Shown here one piece after another: positions 53,770 through 64,000 of a stretch of DNA of 64,000 bases (the first letter of the stretch is position 1; every line of letters begins with the position of its first letter). Under the pieces are notes generated by a model. It did no database searches. It saw nothing but the letters and a program-made list of their open reading frames with translations, and had not been told where the DNA came from. Origin of the DNA: Eledone cirrhosa (lineage: Eukaryota); contig OZ024741.1 in NCBI GenBank assembly GCA_964016885.1, forward strand, positions 292,454,001 through 292,518,000, given 5' to 3'. A program made the translations under genes and the position numbers.

Positions 53770-53962
53770 AACGAAGGAAATGTGGTAAGGAACCAGGTGC
53801 ACCATAACGCACCAAAGTACTCAATACTTAGGGTAGTAGAGTGGGTAATAGGAATGAGTAGGACCCCGACGGCTGAGCTCAAGCCGTTTCGACGGCTAAT
53901 TCTGGACGTCCAGAATTAGCCGTCGAAACGGCTTGAGCTCAGCCGTCGGGGTCCTACTCATT

Positions 53963-53967
<5 letters not shown>
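53770..53967. mobile_element. Family H4 fold-back element: perfect spacerless 120-bp palindrome (53848-53967) plus a 78-bp one-sided tail
   Basis: 60 of 60 bp complementary around GGAC|GTCC (53907/53908); (TA)n flanks. Confidence 0.92.
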
Positions 53968-54003
<36 letters not shown>

Positions 54004-54899
54004 CCATAACAGCAACTACAAAAGCAGCAGCGACCATAACATATACACATACATACATACACATATGCATGCTTACACACAAATACACGATATACTTGCA
54101 TACATATACGTACATACGTTCAGCTGGAACATGAAATAGAAATGGAAATACATATATATATATATATTTCAGTGGGATCTGTAACAGCAACAGCTACAAC
54201 AGTAGCAGCAATCACAATATATACACATACATACACAGAGACACACAATGCATATTATAAATGCATAGATACAAATACATGACATATATACATATAAATG
54301 TTTAGATGGGAGCAGTAACAACAACAACAACTATAACAACTTTAACAATGTCTTATCTCTCTTCTTTTCCCCATCTTGCTGTAATCTTGAAGCCAATACT
54401 TACATAAGTCCCAATCATTCACAATTTAATATCATCTCTGTGTATATTTGGAAATATTTATCAATAGTAATTTAGTTTAAACTATTTCTATAATAGAAAT
54501 ATATTAAGATTTGGAGCTGATGGCTGCAATCTTTCATTATAATATGCTTCCTTCTGATTGGTTCATTCCTTTAGCTTTCTTAAGACAGAAATAAAAATGA
54601 TAATAATAATAATGTTCATCTTCATCACAATTTAACGTCCATTTTCTGTGCTTGCATGGGTTAGACAGTTTGTTATGAGACAAGCCAGGTCCTAAGACCC
54701 CCAACATGTCCATACGGATCTGTATTTTGGCCTGGTTCCTAAGGCTGGATGCCTTTCCTAACACCAACCATGTTACATTGTTGACTTGGTGCATTTTATC
54801 ATGGCACTGAAACAACCATATTACAGTGTTAACTGGGCACTTTTGATAGGCCACTAGCACGACCACACCTTTTCTACACTATCATTATTTTACACATGC

Positions 54900-55611
54900 T
54901 TACATGTTGGTATGTGGTAGCCTGCAATTTGGTCATGAACAAGAAGTTGGAACAAAGAGCCAACGTGAAATTTTGCATTCAACTTGGGAAGTCTGCTACA
55001 GAGACATTGAGCATGCTTTGGCAAGCTTTCAGCAATGAAGCAGCATGATCAAAGAAGCCACGACAGAGACACAGCTCAATTAAGAGTATATTCATCGTTT
55101 ATTGTAACATTCCTAGTATTGTGCATCAACAATTCATCCCCCAGGGCCAGACTCTCAATTGAGAGTTCTACTTCAATGTTTCGAAGTGTTAAGGGAGACA
55201 TATCTGTTATGTGTGAAGAATTGAATTCTTCATGACGACAATGCACCTTGTCACCAAGCTCTCTTTACTCGTGAGTTTCTCACCCAAAACAAAATTGTAT
55301 CACTTCTGCACACACCCTATTCGATAGATTTAGCACCTGCAGACTTCCATCTCTTCTCCAAGCTGAAAATGCAGCTCAAAGGTTGCTGTTTTAATACCAT
55401 TGCCAAGATCCAGAGCAAATCGCAGAAGGTCCTCAACTCATTTACGGAAAACAACTTCCAGGCCATACTCCAAAAGTGGCAGGAATGCTGGGACTAGTGT
55501 ATTGCTGCACAAGGTGACTATTTTGAAGGGGATGATGTTAAAACTTAGGTAAATGTATTAGTTTTTTTTAAAAACATAACTAGCCTGGTAATTTTCTAAT
55601 ATTACCTTGTA
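54900..55611 (+). mobile_element. Deleted mariner copy, same family as 33206-34158
   Basis: EQRANVKFCIQLGKSATETLSML; HDDNAPCH; HTPYSIDLAPADFHLF; right TIR AACTAGCCTGG...ACCTTGTA. Confidence 0.85.
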
Positions 55612-56104
55612 TATATGTGTGTGTCTTTCTATTTATCTCTGCATACATTTTCACTCTTGACTTAGTTTAAGCAAACAAGATCAGAGGGAAAAAGTACTTG
55701 ACTTAGAAATAATTTTTTTTGTCATTGGAAAGGGCATCCAAATACGAAAAACTATTCCCAAAATGTCTCATTCAACCTATGCAGCATGGAAAAAAATCGA
55801 CATATAAATGATGATGATGATGATGATTATCAATTTGTTGTCCTTTTTAGATCTGTATGGAATATGACTTTATGTCCATATAAAATATGAATTTAATGTT
55901 GTTCATGTGAAATTGGAAATACATTTATCTAAAATAATTTGGTATAAAATTTTTTTTTATAAAAGAAATACTCTCTAGTATACATGAAATTGTCTTTTTC
56001 CAAAAAGTAATAGAACACAAACATTCTGTTTTAGTTTTTTAGCTTGTAGAAAAAAAAATGCTTTAAAATTTGAATATTATAAATGAATGCCATATATGTA
56101 TATA

Positions 56105-56378
56105 TCATCATCATCATCATCATCATCAACGTTTAACATCCGTGTTCCACGCTTGCATGGGTTTGGACGGGGGTAGTCCCACTTGAGGCAAGAGTGATTG
56201 TCTTGCTCGCATAGGACTGTCTGGCAGGTTTTCTACAGTTGGATGCCCTTCCTAACACCAACCACATTTACAGTGTGGGTCTGGGAGGTTTTTACCGTGT
56301 TGCCTACACGGCCACATTACAGCGTGGACTGTGTGTGTTTTTGTCGTGACACCTACACGATCTCATTTGTTTCGGCCT

Positions 56379-56381
<3 letters not shown>
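56105..56381 (-). mobile_element. RTE 3' UTR fragment, inverted relative to the adjacent RTE
   Basis: Reverse complement of ~58457-58838, lacking one internal repeat unit. Confidence 0.9.
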
Positions 56382-56439
<58 letters not shown>

Positions 56440-56489
56440 GTATATATGTATGTATATATATATACATATATATATAATATGTATATATG

Positions 56490-56522
<33 letters not shown>

Positions 56523-56526
<4 letters not shown>

Positions 56527-58337
56527 AGTGTGTACTTAACGATGATGGCATACTTGCCATCACCAACACTGATAAGAAGGTAGCTTGGAAGTGTCACTAC
56601 GAAAGGCTTCTAAATGAGGAGAACAAATGGGAGAAAGACAGTCTCCCCCAGATCGATCCAATAGAGGGACCAGCAGTGTTAGTTGAAGGTAGTATAATAA
56701 GTAAGGCAATCAAAGATATGAAGACGGGTAAGGCGGCTGGGCCTTCGGAAATAGTTGCTGAGATGCTGAAGGCATCTGGTTCGGTGGGACACACCATGGT
56801 CACCCGGATAGTTAACCAAGTCGTACAGAATGGGGTTGTTCCGAAGGAATGGCGTAGCAGCATCATCGTTAACTGCTATAAGGGAAAAGGAGATGCCCTA
56901 GATAGGAGTAACTATAGAGGCATTAAATTAATCGACCAGGTCATGAAGGTCACGGAAAAAGTAATAGCGCAACTAATCAGAGAGAGAATTGATCTAGATG
57001 AAATGCAGTTCGGGTTTGTGTCAGGCAAAAGTACCACAGACGCTCTTTTCATTGTACGACAACTACAGGAGAAGTACCTAGCTAAAAGTAAACCCCTATA
57101 CTTAGCTTTCGTCGACTTGGAGAAAGCCTTCGACAGAGTCCCCCATTCCATTATCTGGTGGTCTCTTAGAAAACTAGGTGTTGACGAATGGCTTGTGAGA
57201 GCTATACAAGCCATGTATAAAGAAACAGTCAGTAAGGTTAGAATTAACAACGAATATAGTGAAGAGTTTAGCGTAAAAGTTGGTGTCCATCAGGGCTCTG
57301 TTCTTAGCCCCCTACTATTTATTATTGCCCTTCAGGCTATAACAGAGGAGTTCAAGACCGGCTGCCCATGGGAACTCCTATACGCAGATGATCTAACGCT
57401 CATAGCTGAATCAATGACCGAACTAGAGAAGAAATTCCAAACGTGGAAGCACGGCCTAGAATCAAAAGGCCTTAAAATTAACCTGGCTAAGACTAAAGTT
57501 CTAGTTTGTAGGAAAGAAAATAAGGCGGCGGTCCCATCGGGGAAATGGCCATGCTCAGTGTGTAGGAAAGGCGTAGGTAGAAACTCCATTTTATGTCCCA
57601 AATGCAAAGTATGGGTGCATAAAAGATGTAGTGGGATCACAGGTAAGCTAACTAAGAACATAGATTTTACATGTGGCCGGTGCTCTGGTGCAATAAGTAG
57701 CAGCAAGTGCCCACAAAATACTAGCTCCTTCAACTGCGCAGAGGGTTCTATAGAAATAGTGGACAGCTTCCGTTATCTGGGTGACAAAATCAGCAGTGGG
57801 GGAGGGTGCTCTGAAAGTACAGTAGCTAGAGTCAGAACTGGATGGAAAAAGTTCAGAGAGCTTATACCACTATTAGCCGCTAGAGGGTTCTCCCTAAAAA
57901 TGAAAGGCAGGTTATACGATGCCTGCATACGAACAGCAATGCTGCATGGCAGTGAGACCTGGGCATTGTGTGCAGAGGATATACGCAGACTAGAGAGGAA
58001 CGAAGCTTGCATGCTCCGCTGGATGCGCAATAGTAATATACGTGAACGGCAAAGCATAAACGAACTAAGGAAAAAATTAGAAATAAGAGGGATCAGATGT
58101 TGTTTACTCGAGAGAAGGCTACGTTGGTACGGTCACGTGATGCGCATGAAAGACGACAGCTGTATAACAAAGTGCAGGGCAATAAAGATAGACGGTAGCC
58201 ACGGAGTAGGCAGACCCAGAAAAACATGGGACGAGCTGATAAATTCCGACCTCACACGCTTACACCTCTCCAAGACAATGTCACTGGACCGAGATTTTTG
58301 GCGGTACTCAGTAATAGAGAAGACCCGCCTTACCTAA
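56523..58337 (+). CDS. RTE reverse transcriptase ORF, 5'-truncated (no AP endonuclease), with a PHD-type finger
   Basis: NYRGIKL; QFGF; [11 protein letters not shown]; [13 protein letters not shown]; YADD at 57381-57392; FRYLG. The start given in the ORF track lies in (TA)n and is not native. Confidence 0.85.
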
Positions 58338-58838
58338 ATACAAAGTAAAACCTACTACAGTCAGTAGGCATCTCTATCAAAACACACCCCCGTCCCACCA
58401 CCCTCCACCCCACCCACACCGCCCCTTTCAATGTAAAGTTATGTTGGTCCCACAACATCCAGGCCGAAACAAATGAGATCGTGTAGGTGTCACGACAAAA
58501 AACACACAGTCCACGCTGTAAATGTGGCCGTGTAGGCAACACGGTAAAAACCTCCCAGCCCCACACTGTAAATGTGGTTGGTGTTAGGAAGGGCATCCAG
58601 CTGTAGAAAACCCGCCAGACAGTCCACGCTGTAATGTGGCCGTGTAGGCAACACGGTAAAAACCTCCCAGCCCCACACTGTAAATGTGGTTGGTGTTAGG
58701 AAGGGCATCCAACTGTAGAAAACCCGCCAGACAGTCCTATGCGAGCAAGACAACCACTCTTGCCTCAAGTGGGAAAACCCCCGTCCAAACCCATGCAAGC
58801 GTGGAACACGGACGCTAAACCTGATGATGATGATGATG
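56523..58838 (+). mobile_element. Young 5'-truncated RTE-clade LINE
   Basis: Uninterrupted ORF; ~500-bp 3' UTR with a ~115-bp tandem duplication; (GAT)n tail; (TA)n on both sides. Confidence 0.95.
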
Positions 58839-58884
58839 AATATGTATATATATATGTATGTATATATGTATGTATATATATATG

Positions 58885-59010
<126 letters not shown>

Positions 59011-59038
59011 CATACATGCATACACACACACATGATCA

Positions 59039-59069
<31 letters not shown>

Positions 59070-59156
59070 ATATGTATATATATATATATATATATAAGCA
59101 AGAAAATTGGATGTTAAATGATGAGAATGATGGTGTTGATTGTGTGTAGTTATTTA

Positions 59157-59210
<54 letters not shown>

Positions 59211-60325
59211 GCCAGATATGATTTTGAAAATTATAACAGAATAACAGATATGAAAGAAAAACTTCAGAAGCTTTTAAATTAGAGAAAAATGTATTTCATT
59301 TATTAACAAAAAACAACAAGAATGTAAGTTAACAGAATAACAACAAGCAATACAATCATATAATCAACAATCATTAGCTTTTTCTTAATTACTTTTGTCA
59401 CCTTTTCATAATAATTTATAAATTCATTAAAACCTTTTGAAGCTTAAAGAAAAATATTGCCATTCACCAGGTCAAAAGGTTATTTGATAAAGCCAAATAA
59501 AACAAAAAATATAATAAATAGGTTTAAACAATATTCTTTTGTTGTATTTCTGTTTTTTTATTTTTAGTTTAAAGGGGAGGGTGAAGGAGGGTTTATGACT
59601 TTCCATTTGTATTCAATTTTTTATTTCTTTTTACATTAAATTATCAAGTGACATGTTTTAATTGACTTCAAAAATTTGTGTTGAAAAATATGACCAGTTT
59701 GCTTTCAAACTCAAGTGCTTTACAAAATAGTACTTGCTAATCAAAGGTCTTTATAATCTTCTCATCCATAAGTAGATGATATGACTTCAGTAGCTCTGTC
59801 CCCACTCCACAATATCTGCTCTGCCTTCTTTCCATATCTGACACTGTGAAAAGACTTGAAGTTTCTACAGTAACATTCCATCCTCTGTCAAGCTGAGCCT
59901 ATGAGGAAGACTCCTTCTGTGATTGCTGCTAGTAGAAAAGAGCAAAGAAATCCCCTTCAAATCATAACCTAATCTCTTAAATAAAGAAGGAAACAATGGA
60001 ATATATAGATCCTGGTATATGAAAAAGACAGATCATTGCTAGAAGACATTTGAACATAGTTCTGCTTGATTAGAGTTGCCATGTGGCTACACAACAACAA
60101 TGGCATCATGTTTGAATTCAAATCCTCAGGAATTTGCTAAATTGCTATCTAATCAGGATGTATTAGATCAAATATATAGGCTGTAGACTGGTAACTATCG
60201 AATTCCTAGAAAAGGGAGGCATAAAATGAGACAGAGAGAGAAATTGATTAGAAAGAATATTTACTAATCTAAATCCAATATAATTTCAATTATCTAGATA
60301 TCTAACTCACCCACTTTCACTCTAT

Positions 60326-60790
60326 ATAGCAGTGGAGGGGGTTGTTCTGAAAGTACAGTAGCTAGAGTGATAACTAGTCCGAAAAAGTTCAGGGATATAT
60401 GACCAGTCCTACCTGCAAAGTATTTGGTCTTCTGAGTGGCTGGTAGATTGTATGAAGCTTGCATGTAAATACTGTATAAAAGGTTGAAAAGAAATGAAGC
60501 AGGCATGCTTAGATGGATGTGTAATAGTGGGACACAAGAATAATAAAGCATCAATGAACTGAGGGAAACACTGGGCATAAGATAAATCAAGTGTGGTATG
60601 GAGGAAATGAAATTGCATTGGTATAGGCATGTGATGCATATAGAAGATGACAGCTGCATAAAGAAAATGTATGATGATGTGGTGAAAATCAACTTCATGC
60701 AGCTGAAATTCATGAAGGTGACCTGGATCAAGTTGACAGATGACCTGCCATACTGGAGAAAACTTTCCTCCCCATGCAAGCTGGATGAAA
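60326..60790 (+). mobile_element. Old degraded RTE 3' fragment
   Basis: AGCAGTGGAGGGGGTTGTTCTGAAAGTACAGTAGCTAGAGT matches 57791 onward; many stops. Confidence 0.8.
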
Positions 60791-61769
60791 TGAGCAGAAA
60801 GAGAGGATAGCCTCCTCCTGCCAATATATTCCTGACTACCCTTCTGTTCAGCTTCCACCACCTTAACCTTGAAGAAGCAGAGAGGTGCAACAGCATTCAG
60901 ATCATTTCCTGCCAGTATACTCCTGAGTTAATCAGTTTAAATCACCCAATTATACTGCCACCCTTTTCACATCCTTCTACAACCAGTCCCTTCCTCATCC
61001 AAACCTTGCCATCATGGAAAGCTTGAGTGAACCTTCTTTGATTTCTTTCCTGCCCAACCCATACCTTCCTTCACACACACACACACACACACATATCCCT
61101 GACGCCTTTCCCATCCAACCCAGTAAAACTAGGAAAGCCAGGCACATCCCACAATATCATGACACTAGCCCCATAACCTGGTACTTCTTCACACACAGTA
61201 GTATGTTTCCAACCACCCCTGGCAAGCAACATATAGCCTGCACCCATCTCATTTTTTAGACTACCCAACTCGTATCAATGCCTCACAAGTCTGACAAAGG
61301 ATTATATATACATGTGTGCATGTATGTAAGTATGTATCATAACTAATTTCTTTAGAAGAGAGAGGTGGCTGAGAATTGCCCTCCTTTTCCTATCAGTACA
61401 AGACTGGTACTTTATTTATTGACCTCAAATGGATGAAAAGCAAAGAGGACCTCAAAAGCATTTGAGATTGTGAATAGAGGAGGTATCAATGGTGAGTGTT
61501 CCACATCATAGGGCTCCTTCCGCAGGCTTGATATCCTACTTCCAATTTGGCAGTAGGAAACAACAAACTGGATATTATAAATAGAGGAGTTATCAATGGT
61601 AACTGGTACAAAATGGAATCTGACTATTAATTCCTGAGATTTGATCATCATCTGCTTTGCCATATTACAGGAAAATCTCCTTGATTTCTTTTTTAATGAT
61701 GACTTCATTGTATGAAGTCTGTTGAAGTATTTGATGCTGACATGATCCACACAGTGGTGTACTAAAAGG

Positions 61770-62420
61770 CTTTACCATCATTACTATCATCATAATCATC
61801 ATTTTAAAATTCATCAGCAGCAGCATCATGATAATTATCTTGATCGTCATAATCCATATCATCCTCTCCTTCATCACCATCTTCATTGTAATCACCGTGT
61901 TTACTGTCATGTCATCATCATCATCATCATCATCTTATAACTGCCACAACCACTACAACCACAACCATCACTATAATCACAAGCTCCAACACCATGTCAA
62001 TCCCTACCACCACAAACAAAATCACCACCACTACAACCAACACAACCACTAAAACCAACACAAATACCACCATTACTACCAACATCAACACCACTAGAAC
62101 CAACACAACCACAACTACCAATACTACCAAAATCACCATCACTACAACCAACAAAAACAAAACTACTAAAATCACCACAATCACCACCACTACTGTCACA
62201 AACACCATCACTATAACCATCACCATCACAACCACCACCACCACCACCACCAACACCAACACTACCACAACCACAACAATCACTATAACTACAACCATCA
62301 CCACCACTACAACCACCATCACCACTACTACAAACACCATCACTACCACTATAACCACATCCATCACTTCAACCACCACCACAGCCATCACCACCCCTAC
62401 AACCACAGCTACCACTAAAA
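61770..62420. repeat. (CAT)n and (ACC/AAC)n low-complexity tract
   Basis: Direct inspection. Confidence 0.88.
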
Positions 62421-64000
62421 AAGAACAATCATTCAAAAAATTATGAATATTGTTAATTTGACTCTCATTTTAAATTGATTCATTTAGATAGCAGGTATAA
62501 TTTAATGAATTCCCTTTTAAATTAATCCACCTCATTAACTGACATAATTGGTAAAATTGTTCTGAGGTTTAATTTGCATAAATTGACTAAAGAGAAGAGA
62601 AGAATCATTTTTAACAAATTAGTAATTTTAAGAAAATTTTAAGGAAGAATTCTTTTAAACTCTACAAAAGTATCAATCAATTATTGTCCTTTCTCCAACA
62701 TATTGTGTCTTTTTATTATATTAGTGGTTGCCAAAATGTTTTCCCTACCAAGAAATATTTTTATTTAACTCTTTTCTAATGAAAACATTACCTATGGTTT
62801 TCAAATAATTTTGAATATAATCAAGTAAGGGAGAGATTGATATATCAAAAGATGAAATAAGAAAACTTTGTATAAGGATAAAATATAATATACAAACAGC
62901 ATCTCTTATCCCTTTAGAATTTACATTACTCTATATTTACTATTGTATTTTCATGGCAAACACTTTATCTCACATAATTATCTCATTTAATATCAAATCT
63001 ATGAGATTTTGATATTATTTATTTTGAGAACAATACCTTAACATCAGTATGAGTGGCTAGTTACAGGCATTTTGAACAGAAAGAGGTGAGAGAATTCTGG
63101 CTGGATACAGCCAGTTTAAATGCTAAAGGGTGAAGGGACAGTCTGCTACATGGTCCGGGTTAACAGAATGGAGAAGATATTGCCCAGAGGGTGGTGAGGG
63201 AGAAGTTGTAGAGATTTGTGTAGACAAGTTAGAGTGTTTGTTTTTGTTTTGAACCATTTCTGTTTCACCTTTGAAAAGAGGGTAGGAGCCCTGAAATACT
63301 ATATTGAAATATACTGGGTAAAAAACTACTTTGTCCTTTATATATTTCTTCCACAAATCTTTAAATATCTTGGTAGCCTACACTGTCTCAATGCTGGTGT
63401 ATCACAAACATTTAATTCTGTGGACAATAACAGCAAACGTTTTCAGGTCATTTTTCCCTACTAAAGTAGATGTTAGTTTTTGGGCTACGTAACAAGCTTT
63501 TGAATGTAATGTTATATATCTGGATGCTATTTCTGTTGTCACCCCTTTCAGTCAATCCTTATTATATACAGGGCAAACGGTGCATTTATTCTAAATGGAA
63601 TACACAAGTTTTAATCCATGGAAAATGCCCCCCCCCCCCCACACACACACACAAAAAAGACGTGTCATAAAAGTTTCAACAATACGAACTGCATATATGG
63701 CAATAGATCAGATTTAATAGGATTAAATTAATGTTTTTAGTGCTAGTGCTACCTTTAAGCCAAACAAGGCAGGCACCTAGGGTACAGACATCAGAGGGTC
63801 ACATTAGTTAATCTAAAAGGATCAGTTTGATACACATTTATACAATTAAATAAAATAAATAATATTCTCCTGTGCTCAATAAATAAATAAATATTTTTGC
63901 CATTTAACTGTGTTATGGAAATATTAAAAGTGGTAGAGAGTTATATGGTGTTATAACCTATTACATGATTTGGTGTGAGTGAGTGTGGACTGTGTAGTGG

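Noticed and set aside
62450-62600. TAAT-rich stretch with an ATTTGCAT octamer as an enhancer (similar at 44810-44900)
   Set aside because: Such motifs are expected by chance at this AT content; cannot be supported without conservation data

Overview
AT-rich eukaryotic DNA, intergenic or intronic, saturated with (TA)n, (CA)n and (CAT)n microsatellites and transposable elements. The repeat inventory suggests an octopod cephalopod, but this is an inference. No host protein-coding gene can be called with confidence, and most entries in the ORF track are translations of simple repeats. Recognisable elements: a full-length but decayed Tigger/pogo transposon (3883-6224); two internally deleted mariners; hAT and Tc1/pogo MITEs; a non-autonomous Helitron (17286-18431); several 5'-truncated RTE-clade LINEs, one with an uninterrupted ~600-aa RT ORF containing a PHD-type finger; a Penelope-like (PLE) RT relic; two tRNA-derived SINE superfamilies; and two long minisatellites. 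The main unannotated signal is a set of short non-coding elements inside (TA)n tracts that carry minimal type I hammerhead ribozyme (HHR) motifs: stem I, CUGANGA, stem II, GAAA, short stem III, UH. About seven sequence families are present. Five occurrences are asymmetric fold-back hairpins, two of which fold at the ribozyme's stem II position, and one is a partial tandem repeat with a ~409-bp monomer resembling a retrozyme. All folds were assigned by eye; none was computed or tested.
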